A stretch of 64,000 nt of DNA from an uncultured Patescibacteria group bacterium (GCA_905478415.1 CAJQIG010000002.1:314699-378698); one strand, 5' to 3'; counted from the stretch's first letter, positions 35,656-44,930 are shown. Program-made: numbers and translations. Notes: generated from the sequence alone by a model not told the origin.

Positions 35656-36543
35656 TGGGTTTTTTGCTGTTAGGTATATGTCTAAGTGGTTTTTTTGTCC
35701 CTTAGCTTTTTCTGCAGCTTGGTAGATAATTTGTTTTGCAAGATTGACAACGTCTACAGGGTAAATACCAGTTTTGTCGGTATATGCTCCTAAGACGCCA
35801 TGTTGTGTTTGAGCACTTTGTTGTAATAGCTCCAAAACTTGAGAGTGATCCGCATCTTCAAATTCACTTAAAGCTGCAAGCTTAGGTCCCATCTCTGTAG
35901 TTAAGACTTTTAATGCCTCGATGAGTTGATCTGATTTTTCATCTATTTTAGCAATTTCCTTAACTTGATCCTCACTTAATGATTCTAGTTCGTTTAGCTC
36001 ATACTTAAGTCCAGAAATAATTGCTTCTTCGCTGTCTTTTTCTTCAGACAGGTCAGCAAAAGATGCTTGTTCTTGAGATCTTGGAGTGAAGCCTGCATCT
36101 TCATAAGTAACGACAGCTTCAAGTTTTCTTTGCCAATCTTTTTCATAATATGCGAGTAACTCTTCTGTGGTTGCTCCTCTATGGATTCCTGATACTCCGA
36201 GTGCTCGTTGGCAGGCTTCGACCTTTTCTTCGTTACTGTTGTGTTGTACAAAAAGTACTTCAGCTTGGTAGGCAGTAACTAACGATAGATATGCTTCATA
36301 CATTTTTTGTGCGTTTGAAGATGGTTCCATACCCTTGTCTTTCAGAGGCGCCAGTTGAGTATCTAGCTCCGCAGCTTTTTGAGTGTGTGGTTCAATTTTT
36401 TCAGTAAGGGTATCTTTTTGAGTTGCAACAAGTTCATTTCCTTTTTGAAGGTAATTGGTGGTTTCAGCTGATGGTGATTGTTCTGTTATTTTCTGCTGAC
36501 CAAATGCTGTTGAGATTTTATTGATAAGGGAGTGCTCGTTCAT
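35644..36543 (-). CDS. hypothetical acidic/coiled-coil protein
   Basis: 299-aa intact ORF, no family recognised, flanked by the two repeat copies. Confidence 0.4.
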   Translation of the reverse strand: MNEHSLINKISTAFGQQKITEQSPSAETTNYLQKGNELVATQKDTLTEKIEPHTQKAAELDTQLAPLKDKGMEPSSNAQKMYEAYLSLVTAYQAEVLFVQHNSNEEKVEACQRALGVSGIHRGATTEELLAYYEKDWQRKLEAVVTYEDAGFTPRSQEQASFADLSEEKDSEEAIISGLKYELNELESLSEDQVKEIAKIDEKSDQLIEALKVLTTEMGPKLAALSEFEDADHSQVLELLQQSAQTQHGVLGAYTDKTGIYPVDVVNLAKQIIYQAAEKAKGQKNHLDIYLTAKNPMRI

Positions 36544-36606
36544 GTTGTATATCTTTGAAGGTGGTTACTACTATAAACTGAGCATATCACACTGCAATTA
36601 TAATAA

Positions 36607-36675
36607 GCAAAGTCGAGAGGGCTTCTCGCTCGCTCTGCTCGCTGCGAGATGCTCGTGCTGGAGGCTGGGTTATCT
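36607..36675. repeat. copy B of the GC-rich repeat
   Basis: Same core as copy A with an 8-nt indel. About 64 nt upstream of the 35644..36543 gene start, ahead of a TATAAT box. Confidence 0.6.
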
Positions 36676-36725
36676 GTAACTCGCATGGCGAGCCTGAGGT
36701 TGGTGTTGCCGCCCCAATTCACACA

Positions 36726-36756
36726 TAAAAAAACACCTGAATAGGTGTCTTTTTAT
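36726..36756. terminator. bidirectional terminator downstream of tRNA-Val
   Basis: ACACCTG-AAT-AGGTGT hairpin flanked by A7 and T5. Confidence 0.6.
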
Positions 36757-36759
36757 GTG

Positions 36760-36833
36760 TGAACTCGAGAGGACTCGAACCTCTGACCTCTTCGATGTCA
36801 ACGAAGCACTCTAACCAACTGAGCTACGAGTTC
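36760..36833 (-). tRNA. tRNA-Val (anticodon GAC)
   Basis: Reverse complement folds as a cloverleaf: acceptor GAACUCG/CGAGUUC, anticodon stem CUUCG/CGAAG with loop UUGACAU, T-loop GGUUCGAGUCC. No encoded CCA. Confidence 0.85.
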
Positions 36834-36895
36834 AAATGTGTATTTTTTATGATAAAAGGTGCAACCTAAGTGAATACGCCGAATTATACCAGACG

Positions 36896-37564
36896 CTAGT
36901 TGCCAGAGTAAACAGTAGATCGTTCGTGATGCATCATGTCGAAAACAGTTTTGGTTTGCTCGTGTCCAGCACCACCAATTTTAAGTCCAGCGCTACCCTT
37001 ACTCTTTTTCTTCTGTTTAGCATGAAATTGAGTGGCCCAAGTGCGTGCACTTTTGACTTTTTGTCTCAGGAGCATGATGAATGAACGTAGGTTTCTAAAA
37101 AAGTTGAGGTAGTATTTACCGGTTAGACCAGGGCTAGCAATTTCTTCCATGACTGCGAGTTCAACCTCTTTTTCGAACTTAGCTACATCTTTGACGAGCA
37201 TTTTAAGTTCGTGTCGAAGGGATTCGATCTCTTTTTTGACTTCTTTTTCTCGGGCATCGTAGACAGCAGTCATGTCAACGGGGTTGACTTGATCATGCAG
37301 CTTTTTACGAAGGGCATCTTTTTTACGTTGTTTTTCGAGATTCTCAAGTTGTTTTTTTTGCCAATCAGCATTTTGAGGTCCCGCTTCGTCGCCAAAGGAA
37401 CCACCTGAGCGGGCTAAGGCTTCACTAAAGGGATTAAGTGGATTGGTAGTATCTTGCTGTGAGCCACGAGGTTTTTCAGTTTCGGCCAGGGCCCGAGCAA
37501 AGGGATTAACACCCGACTGCTGTGGGTGTGAAGTTCGAGCTGACTTTTGTGTTCCGGCTTTCAT
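36896..37564 (-). CDS. hypothetical basic/coiled-coil protein
   Basis: 222-aa intact ORF, no family recognised. Confidence 0.4.
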   Translation of the reverse strand: MKAGTQKSARTSHPQQSGVNPFARALAETEKPRGSQQDTTNPLNPFSEALARSGGSFGDEAGPQNADWQKKQLENLEKQRKKDALRKKLHDQVNPVDMTAVYDAREKEVKKEIESLRHELKMLVKDVAKFEKEVELAVMEEIASPGLTGKYYLNFFRNLRSFIMLLRQKVKSARTWATQFHAKQKKKSKGSAGLKIGGAGHEQTKTVFDMMHHERSTVYSGN

Positions 37565-37695
37565 TTTTCCTCAATATGTAGTGGTTGTTATGATACACCA
37601 CTCTGTCAATCTAGTACTAGAGTACTTAATTTACAGATTATAGGCCTACTTGAGGAAAAAGTCAAGAGGATCTTAGAGAAGAAGCTCAGAGATTG

Positions 37696-38664
37696 TTACT
37701 TTACTGAAAGGAGGTAGTCAGCCACTCGTTGTCGAAGCAGTGTCTCGATCAGCATAGATTGGTATCTTGGATCAGATTTTTGTTGTTCCTGAAGTTTTTT
37801 ATCAGCGGTTCTGCCAATGACTTCATCAACATCTGCCTGGCCAACGGTAATTTTTTCGGCTTCAGCGATAGCGCTGATAATAAAGGTTGCTTGGAGGCGT
37901 CCGAGTGCTCCGGCTGCTAATTCGGTAGACAGTTGCTCGAAGGTCATGTTCCGGTGTTTGAGAAAGTCTGCGAACTCGATATTCATTTGTTTAAGTCGCT
38001 GGGCAACATTTTCAAGATCATAGCGAGTTTCTTCTTTGACGAGGAGTTCTGGAATTTCTGGTTTGATGTGATCAATTAACTCTTTATAGATAACTTGGAG
38101 GCGGTGCTCTCTTTTTTGTTGATCTGTAATTTCATGAGCGTGATCGTGCTTCTCTTTTTTAGCTTTGGCTTCTTTGACGTGTTTTTCAAGGTCTTTTGCT
38201 TGTTGTTTTAACTCGGTTTCAGCTGTTTTGAGTGCTTTTTTGGCCACGGCCTTATACCCTTTGAGGTTAATGACTGGTTTTTCGGCAATATGAACTTCGA
38301 GTGTCCAATCCTCACCTTTTTTGAGAGAAATAGGATTAAATTCTGGATAGGTTAATGGTTGTTTACCTTCTTTTTCGATGAGCGCTTTGTAAGCATCTGG
38401 AACACAGACTTCAAGAGCTTCTTGAATAATACGGTCTTCACCAAGCATCTTTTCGGCTACATCAACGGGAACTTTCCCTTTGCGGAAACCACTTGTTTTT
38501 AAATCTTTTGAAAGTTTAGCAACGGTCTTTTTGTAGGCAGCAGCAGCAGTTTTTTTATCTATAGTTAGTGTTAGAACTGTATTTTTTCCGATTAAGGCTT
38601 TTTCAGTTTTTTCAGCCTTAGCCGCTGTTTTTTTTGTGTTGGTGGTGGTTTTAGTATCTGTCAT
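37696..38664 (-). CDS. tig: trigger factor (short form)
   Basis: N-terminal ribosome-binding motif GFRKGKVP plus a C-terminal arm-domain pattern. 322 aa. Confidence 0.65.
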   Translation of the reverse strand: MTDTKTTTNTKKTAAKAEKTEKALIGKNTVLTLTIDKKTAAAAYKKTVAKLSKDLKTSGFRKGKVPVDVAEKMLGEDRIIQEALEVCVPDAYKALIEKEGKQPLTYPEFNPISLKKGEDWTLEVHIAEKPVINLKGYKAVAKKALKTAETELKQQAKDLEKHVKEAKAKKEKHDHAHEITDQQKREHRLQVIYKELIDHIKPEIPELLVKEETRYDLENVAQRLKQMNIEFADFLKHRNMTFEQLSTELAAGALGRLQATFIISAIAEAEKITVGQADVDEVIGRTADKKLQEQQKSDPRYQSMLIETLLRQRVADYLLSVK

Positions 38665-38808
38665 AGGGGGATATTATAACGCATCTTCGAATGTTTGGGG
38701 TTTTAATTTAGTTGATATGTGGGTTTTTGCCTATGAGTAGGTGAAAAAATAACTCAGACATGATATACTCTCGTTTTGGTTAAAGATACTTTAGATAAAG
38801 GAGTACGC

Positions 38809-39627
38809 ATGTCACAAAAAACAATTCTGCATCATATCGATGATTATGTAGCTGGAGGACTCGAATTCGCTGAAATCGATACTCGGCTGTATCAGAACAT
38901 TAATGACCCTGAAGCTGTTTTTATTCATGACCTTTCTGTTCCTTCTCTTGATACGGTGGCGCTGGGATTTGTAACTTCACAACTTGCAAATGCACCTTTT
39001 GATGGCCGAATGGTTATCTATGGCAATTGCGCCCCTCGTCGAACTTCCGAAAAAGCTCAAAAAAATAACATTGATCATGGAATTAAGTATGCCAAGCTCA
39101 AAAATGGTGTCGAGATTATTAATGTATGGTCTGAATCTGCCTTTGGATTTGTGAAAAATGACATTGTCGAGTTTAGAGATCTCAACTGTCCCAACTCTGG
39201 TTCTCAGTTTCGCTCACGCGACTTTTTTCCAGTTGTTGTAGCTCAAATTGTCAATGGTGACTACTCTGCTTTAGGAGCTGAACTTAATGTTGACGATATC
39301 CCTGAAATTCCAAACAACACGGTCTCTTGGACTGATGGCTTTGGAAATGTGAAGACGACCATGCGAAAATCAGACCTTGAAAAGATGGATTTGCATCCTG
39401 GCGACAAGGTGCAGGTCATCATGAATGGTGTTTCTATGTTAGGAGTTGTCTCTATTGGTGGCTTCCAGGTTGATCGAGGAGTTTTAGCAATTAATGCTGG
39501 CTCATCTGGGTATGATAATCCTTTTATTGAATTGTTTTTACGGGTACATAAAATTTCTGAAAAAACTGCTGCAGTTCGATTTGGATATCCAACTGGGGGC
39601 ACAGAGTTTGAAATTAAACCGTTATAA
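38809..39627 (+). CDS. hypothetical protein, possibly SAM hydroxide adenosyltransferase (DUF62) family
   Basis: ALGFVTSQLANAPFDGRMVIYGNCAPRRT and DGFGNVKTT resemble DUF62 patterns (AA..L...A..FP.GTV.V.VVDPGVG..R and DRFGNLITNI). Weak. ATG 38809 with RBS AAGGAG. Confidence 0.3.
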   Translation: MSQKTILHHIDDYVAGGLEFAEIDTRLYQNINDPEAVFIHDLSVPSLDTVALGFVTSQLANAPFDGRMVIYGNCAPRRTSEKAQKNNIDHGIKYAKLKNGVEIINVWSESAFGFVKNDIVEFRDLNCPNSGSQFRSRDFFPVVVAQIVNGDYSALGAELNVDDIPEIPNNTVSWTDGFGNVKTTMRKSDLEKMDLHPGDKVQVIMNGVSMLGVVSIGGFQVDRGVLAINAGSSGYDNPFIELFLRVHKISEKTAAVRFGYPTGGTEFEIKPL

Positions 39628-39722
39628 GTTTGTACAGAGTACATTGAAGAGGCTGCTCTCTTGAGGGCAGCCTTTTTTACTGCTTGCTCATTGGTTTTGA
39701 TTATTGTTACTATGGGTTCACT

Positions 39723-40331
39723 ATGAAAAAAACCCTACCCACCCTCCTTTTAGTAGTCTTTTTGCTTCAGTTGGCACAACTGCCTGCTTTAGCCATGGAG
39801 ATAGTTGTATCAGATTCTGGATCAATTTCTTTTTACAATGATCAAGTGCTAGGCCGAGAAGATCGTGGACAAGAGGATCGCGAGGATGAAAAAGAAAATG
39901 AACGAGAACGTGAAGAAGAGAACGAGCGTGAGGATGAAAGTGAAAACGAACGAGAACGTGAAAAGCAGGAAGATCATGAGAGGGAGTATGTTCGAGACGC
40001 TCGTCCAAGTACCACTGTGCCTCGATCGACCAATACACAGATGAGAGTATCCACTGACAAGCAAAGAATTAATGTCCGTCTTGAGGATAAAGAGGACTCA
40101 ATTCGGATGGATACCGGTAAAGTTGACCTCAGAACTGAGCGAAAAGCAACGACTGATCGTCTCAAAGTTGAAGCTTCTTCTGAGCTTAAAGATCGAGCTA
40201 TAGAACGAAAAGAAGTCAGACAAGAAAATATTGAAGAGAGAAAAGAAGTGAGATCAGAGGCAGCAGAGAAAGCCCGAGAAGAACGACGTGAGCGAAAAGA
40301 AGAAAAAATTGAAATTCAAAGTGAACGCTGA
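39723..40331 (+). CDS. secreted, highly charged (E/R/D-rich) low-complexity protein, terminated by TGA
   Basis: Signal peptide MKKTLPTLLLVVFLLQLAQLPALA, then EDREDEKENEREREEENEREDESENEREREKQEDHEREY... ER/EK-rich. Confidence 0.5.
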   Translation: MKKTLPTLLLVVFLLQLAQLPALAMEIVVSDSGSISFYNDQVLGREDRGQEDREDEKENEREREEENEREDESENEREREKQEDHEREYVRDARPSTTVPRSTNTQMRVSTDKQRINVRLEDKEDSIRMDTGKVDLRTERKATTDRLKVEASSELKDRAIERKEVRQENIEERKEVRSEAAEKAREERRERKEEKIEIQSER

Positions 40332-40736
40332 GCCGATGGAACGACTGAGTTTCAGTTTGAGTCTCGAAATGTAAAGGCCAACCTTAAAAATGCTGAATTT
40401 GTTCTCGACCCAGAGACTAATGAAGTTACTGTAATTGGACCAAATGGCCAAGAAAAAGTCCTCTCACATTTGCCAGATCAAGCAATTGAGAGAATGACGG
40501 CCAAAGGTTTCTTTGATAATATCCCAGGAGTTCTTCCTGAAGATGTCGAACTAGAGCTCGAGACTCGTGAAGATGGACGTGTAGTCTACTCAACAGTTGT
40601 TGAGAAAGAAGAAAAGCTTCTTGGTTTCTTCACTCGAAAAGTAGATACAAAACTAGAAATGGATGACGAAACTGGCGAAGTCACTGAAACTAGAGTTCAA
40701 AACAGATCCTTTTTAGGTCGACTGCTTGGATTCTAA
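40332..40736 (+). other. in-frame continuation of the preceding gene beyond a single TGA (readthrough, pseudogene or sequencing error); contains the ORF-track ORF 40470..40736
   Basis: Codons 40332-40469 were hand-translated (ADGTTEFQFESRNVKANLKNAEFVLDPETNEVTVIGPNGQEKVLSH) with no stop. They are in frame with both the upstream gene and the TTG-initiated downstream ORF, which has no SD of its own. Confidence 0.5.
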
Positions 40737-40754
40737 AAAGATAGAGGAAAAAAT

Positions 40755-40788
40755 GAAAGCCCGCTCCGAATGAAGCGGGCTTTTTTTG
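40755..40788. terminator. bidirectional terminator (after the charged-protein gene on +, and after tRNA-Cys on -)
   Basis: AAGCCCGCT-CCGAATGA-AGCGGGCTT hairpin followed by T7. Confidence 0.7.
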
Positions 40789-40791
40789 TTG

Positions 40792-40865
40792 AGGCACGGA
40801 TGGGATTCGAACCCACGAACGAAGGTTTTGCAGACCTCGCCATTAGACCACTCTGGTACCGCGCC
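40792..40865 (-). tRNA. tRNA-Cys (anticodon GCA)
   Basis: Reverse complement: acceptor GGCGCGG, anticodon loop CUGCAAA, T-loop GGGUUCGAAUCCC, discriminator U. Extended -10 TGTATAAT lies just upstream. Confidence 0.85.
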
Positions 40866-40925
40866 AAGATGTCTGTGTGACATTATACAAGGAAATAAGG
40901 TTTTTTGAAGGCAGGTAATAGAAAA

Positions 40926-40960
40926 GAAAAAAGCCACCAATGAATGGTGGCTTTTTGTTT
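40926..40960. terminator. bidirectional terminator after the minus-strand gene 40977..41510
   Basis: GCCACCA-ATGAA-TGGTGGC hairpin with A6 and T5 runs. Confidence 0.65.
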
Positions 40961-40976
40961 TGTTTGTTCATCGCAT

Positions 40977-41510
40977 TTAAAATTTGAACAAATGCTTCAC
41001 AAAATCGCGATTGATCACAAGAAATGCAATTGTATCGATATGTTCTGTAAACAAAGGGAATTCTTCCCCTGTATTTACCATTGCAAACCGATACTTTTTG
41101 GTTGGTCCAACTCCCAACGATACATAAAGTATAGGGGTTTCATTATCAACTTTCCCCAAATATTTGAATTCAGTCCCAGTAGGCAGGTCTAAATTAAACG
41201 CACCTCTGAGAGGAATTTCAATAGCCGTGAGATGGGCAACCCATTCTTGAGTGATCGGAGGGCTATAGGTGAGAATAAAATTCTTTGTTCCTTTATCAGG
41301 TTGCAGAATCGAAACCTCTTGGTTTTGATTCTGCAAGTTAGTCTCAATTTGAAAAGTAAAAAAATCAGTACCTAAACCTTGATCAACAACCCGTACGTAC
41401 AGGCACGGGATGGCATTAATCCACCTGACGCAAAGTGGTGCAGACTGCACCGGTAGGCGCAAGGTGAATAGTGCTTCCTCGGGCAACGGATATTTCCAAA
41501 CTTGGTTCAT
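40977..41510 (-). CDS. hypothetical protein
   Basis: ATG 41510 is preceded by a strong RBS AAAGGAGG. 177 aa. No family recognised. Confidence 0.45.
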   Translation of the reverse strand: MNQVWKYPLPEEALFTLRLPVQSAPLCVRWINAIPCLYVRVVDQGLGTDFFTFQIETNLQNQNQEVSILQPDKGTKNFILTYSPPITQEWVAHLTAIEIPLRGAFNLDLPTGTEFKYLGKVDNETPILYVSLGVGPTKKYRFAMVNTGEEFPLFTEHIDTIAFLVINRDFVKHLFKF

Positions 41511-41692
41511 GAGAGAACCTCCTTTTGTTGTGTGAACGAACAGCAATCTTTTATAAAATATCTGTTTTGCGCTTGAAAACAGTTGTTTATTGAAAGCAGG
41601 GGTATTTTACCATATGTTATGGGATAGTGTTAGTCAGAATGGAACTTTTAACGTCCGCCTTTGACATTTCCTTGGTATAATGGAGCCTCGTT

Positions 41693-42853
41693 ATGAAAGC
41701 AAAAAAAACCTATTACATCCATACCTTTGGTTGTCAGTCCAATAAGTCAGACAGTGAACGAATTGCTGGCGACTATGCTGCCAGAGGCTACAGTGAAGCC
41801 AAAAGCTGGCAAGAGTGCGATGACCTGATTGTGAATACTTGTGCTATTCGACAGCGGGCAGAACATAGGGCCCGTGGGTTTCTCCATGGGGTGGTGGTTC
41901 ACTTTCATAAGTTAGGCAAGCAGCGACCAAAAATTATTTTAACTGGATGTATGGTGCATCATGGCTACGACAAGTTGTATAAAATGATGCCGATGGTCGA
42001 TGAGATTTTGCCGATTAATGAAGTTGGTTTTAATCAGGCCGCGATTCGTAAAGATAAAAAGCATGCCTGGATTCCAATTTCAACAGGTTGTAACTCGTTT
42101 TGTACGTACTGTATTGTCCCCTACTCTCGTGGTCGTGAGCAGTCACGCCCGTTTGAAGAGATTATGCAAGAAGTTGAGCGTTTGGTGGCCGAAGGCTACA
42201 GTGAAATTACGCTTTTAGGAATGAATGTAAACTCGTGGGGACTCGAAAAGGTTGGTATCGGGTTTCGAAAAATGATGATGGAACATCAAGAGTTTACTCG
42301 AGAAGATTTGCCTTCAAACCAATCTCAATACTTAACTCCCGAAGGTATTCCCCCATTTGTAAAGTTGCTTCGGGCTGTAACGGCGTTTGATGAAATAGTC
42401 AAAGTTCGATTTATGAGTAGTAACCCTTGGGACTTCCATGAAGAGTTGATTGCAGAAGTGGGAAAGAATAAAAAAATTGATCGCTATGTTCACTTGCCGG
42501 TTCAATCTGGCAGTGACGCAGTTTTGTATCGTATGAATCGTGGGTATACTCGCCAACAGTACCTTGATATTGTGACTAAACTGCGGACAGCAGATCCCGA
42601 AATTGTGATTGGCACTGACATTATCGTTGGTTTTCCTGGTGAGACTGACGAAGAGTTTGCGGACACGGTTGATTTAGCTAAACAAGTTGATTGGAAAGTT
42701 GGGTTTGTGGCTATGTATTCTCCACGGCCAGGTACCGCGAGCTGGAAGCTATATGCAGACGATATTCCTCACAAAGTTAAGAAAAAACGATGGGAAATTC
42801 TTGATCAAATTATCAACAAAGATAACTTGCAAGAGCGCCCTATTGTGGTGTAA
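41693..42853 (+). CDS. radical-SAM methylthiotransferase (MiaB/RimO-like)
   Basis: UPF0004 N-domain (YYIHTFGCQSNKSDSERIAG) and radical SAM CNSFCTYC. 386 aa, so the TRAM domain may be short or absent. Adjacent to miaA. Confidence 0.7.
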   Translation: MKAKKTYYIHTFGCQSNKSDSERIAGDYAARGYSEAKSWQECDDLIVNTCAIRQRAEHRARGFLHGVVVHFHKLGKQRPKIILTGCMVHHGYDKLYKMMPMVDEILPINEVGFNQAAIRKDKKHAWIPISTGCNSFCTYCIVPYSRGREQSRPFEEIMQEVERLVAEGYSEITLLGMNVNSWGLEKVGIGFRKMMMEHQEFTREDLPSNQSQYLTPEGIPPFVKLLRAVTAFDEIVKVRFMSSNPWDFHEELIAEVGKNKKIDRYVHLPVQSGSDAVLYRMNRGYTRQQYLDIVTKLRTADPEIVIGTDIIVGFPGETDEEFADTVDLAKQVDWKVGFVAMYSPRPGTASWKLYADDIPHKVKKKRWEILDQIINKDNLQERPIVV

Positions 42854-42862
42854 CGAGTCTCT

Positions 42863-43819
42863 ATGAAACATCCACTGTTAAGTATCATTGGCACTACCGC
42901 GACTGGAAAGACATCGCTGGCTTTGGAGCTTGCAAACCAGGTTCTTGCTGATGGTTTATATTCTGGGGTCGATATAATTTCAGTAGATTCTCGTCAGGTA
43001 TATGCCAATTTACCTATCCTTTCTGGGGCTGATGTGCCCGCTGGTTTTATAAGAACCATGTCAGAATCTGAGTATCCTCAACCATTGTATGCGAAGCCAG
43101 AGTCTTCGATTTTCTTGCATGGGGTATCGATTCTAAATGCTGATGAAGAGTGGTCTGTAGCCCAGTTTCAAGCATTCGCACTACAAATTTTAGCTGTTTC
43201 TTTACAGAAAAATCACTTGCCTATTCTTGTTGGAGGTACTGGTCTATATCACCAACAGCTTTTTTTAGATGATCCGCACTTACTCATTCCTCCCAATGAC
43301 GCTTGGCGTGCAGAGGCGGCTACGTTGTCTTTAGTAGAATTACAAACTAAGTTGAAACTGATGAATCCTGAGAAATATAAGGCTTTAAATAACTCTGATC
43401 TTCATAATCCACGCAGATTACAGCGTGCTATTGAAATCTCGCTCGCTGACGTTCCAGTTTTTCCTGAGTGGCAACGGGATGTAGCTACAGAGTATCAACA
43501 GCAGTTTGTGGGTTTGTCACTTCATTTAGAAATTCTAGAGCAACGCATTAAAGATCGGATTGAAAAGCGACTGGCACAAGGTGTTATAGATGAATGCACT
43601 CATTTTTTAGAAAACTATACTGATACAACTTTAGCTCACTCTACCTTGGGTTTGGCTTCTCTTTCGAGCTACATCCAAGGAACAACAACTAGTGATCAGC
43701 TCAAAGAAAGTTGGTTGCTGGAAGAGTTGCAATACGCCAAACGACAGCAAGTGTGGTGGAAAAAACAGTCGAATATCTTGTGGTACGATGCACAACAACT
43801 CGAGGGTATTGCCGAGTGA
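42863..43819 (+). CDS. miaA: tRNA dimethylallyltransferase
   Basis: P-loop GTTATGKTSLALELA and an IPPT-family pattern. Confidence 0.85.
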   Translation: MKHPLLSIIGTTATGKTSLALELANQVLADGLYSGVDIISVDSRQVYANLPILSGADVPAGFIRTMSESEYPQPLYAKPESSIFLHGVSILNADEEWSVAQFQAFALQILAVSLQKNHLPILVGGTGLYHQQLFLDDPHLLIPPNDAWRAEAATLSLVELQTKLKLMNPEKYKALNNSDLHNPRRLQRAIEISLADVPVFPEWQRDVATEYQQQFVGLSLHLEILEQRIKDRIEKRLAQGVIDECTHFLENYTDTTLAHSTLGLASLSSYIQGTTTSDQLKESWLLEELQYAKRQQVWWKKQSNILWYDAQQLEGIAE

Positions 43820-43850
43820 CTTCCCCAAACTCCTCCTGTATACTAAAGTC

Positions 43851-44864
43851 ATGTTCTCATACTTTAAAGACAAACACACGGTATCTATAGATCCAGTTTC
43901 TTTTCTCTATATTTTAGGAATTATCATCACGCTGTTTTTTTTAGTTAAGATTGAGCCAATTTTAGTGCTACTCATGCTGGCATTTATCATTACCGTTGCC
44001 GTGAATCCATTAGTAGTCATTCTGCAGAAAAAGGTAAAAGCTCCGAAACCAGTTGCTATCGCACTTTCATATCTTTTTATCATTATTGTAGGTATTTCGT
44101 TTGTGGGGTTAATTATTCCTCCGCTCGCAGCTCAGTTTATTGGATTTATAAATAATATTTCATTACCTGGTTTTGAAAAATACTTTAAAGAAATTAACTT
44201 TACCTTGCAAGAAGTTAGCCAGTTAGTGCAACAGATGAGTGAGTCAGCTTCAGTCGCACTGAGTATTATTACCTCAACTTTTAACGGTATTTTTACTTTT
44301 ATGACCGTGTTTGTACTTTCGTTCTACTTGATGCTCGAACGTGATACCTTGCACAAGAAAGCCTATTGGTTTACTCAAGATACAAAAATTGTGAAGCAAG
44401 TTGCAGAGTTTATTGACCAAGCGGAAGAGCAACTTGGAGGTTGGGTTCGGGGTCAATTATTATTGATGCTAGCTGTAGGAGTAGTTACCTTTATTGGATT
44501 GACTATTTTGAGGGTTCCTTATGCTTTGCCTTTAGCATTGACCGCTGGTTTGCTTGAAATTTTGCCAAACTTAGGTCCAACCATAGCTGCAGTTCCAGCA
44601 ATTGCAATTGCAACCATTACTTTTGGTCCAGTGAGTGGTTTATTAACTCTTTTGTTCTATATTATTGTGCAACAACTGGAAAATAATATCCTTGTTCCTA
44701 AGATTATGGCAGTAAATGCACATGTGAGCCCAATTGTAGCTATAGTAGCTATTCTTATTGGTTTAGAATTGGCTGGCATTGTTGGTGCATTCCTGGCGAT
44801 TCCTGTGTATATTGTGATCAGACTTGTATACGCTACATTTTTTTATAAGCCCCGAAAAAAATAA
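43851..44864 (+). CDS. AI-2E family transporter (UPF0118/PerM-like)
   Basis: Eight TM segments and C-terminal conserved LPNLGPTIAAVPAI...ILVPKIM. ATG 43851 preferred; the longer ORF overlaps miaA. Confidence 0.65.
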   Translation: MFSYFKDKHTVSIDPVSFLYILGIIITLFFLVKIEPILVLLMLAFIITVAVNPLVVILQKKVKAPKPVAIALSYLFIIIVGISFVGLIIPPLAAQFIGFINNISLPGFEKYFKEINFTLQEVSQLVQQMSESASVALSIITSTFNGIFTFMTVFVLSFYLMLERDTLHKKAYWFTQDTKIVKQVAEFIDQAEEQLGGWVRGQLLLMLAVGVVTFIGLTILRVPYALPLALTAGLLEILPNLGPTIAAVPAIAIATITFGPVSGLLTLLFYIIVQQLENNILVPKIMAVNAHVSPIVAIVAILIGLELAGIVGAFLAIPVYIVIRLVYATFFYKPRKK

Positions 44865-44930
44865 GTTTTTTTGTTAGTACGCTTTTTGTTCCCTCGAGAC
44901 ATATTTCTCAGTTAGAGGTATACTATGCCT

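Noticed and set aside
40470-40736. Treating the 88-aa ORF as an independent gene
   Set aside because: Its listed start codon is 'ttg' with no SD. The whole upstream spacer is open and in frame with the preceding gene, so it is more parsimonious as a continuation across one TGA. It is retained as a flagged feature rather than as a separate CDS.
43692-43850. Upstream extension of the AI-2E transporter ORF overlapping the miaA 3' end
   Set aside because: The Cys-rich non-hydrophobic extension has no support. ATG 43851 starts directly at the first TM region.
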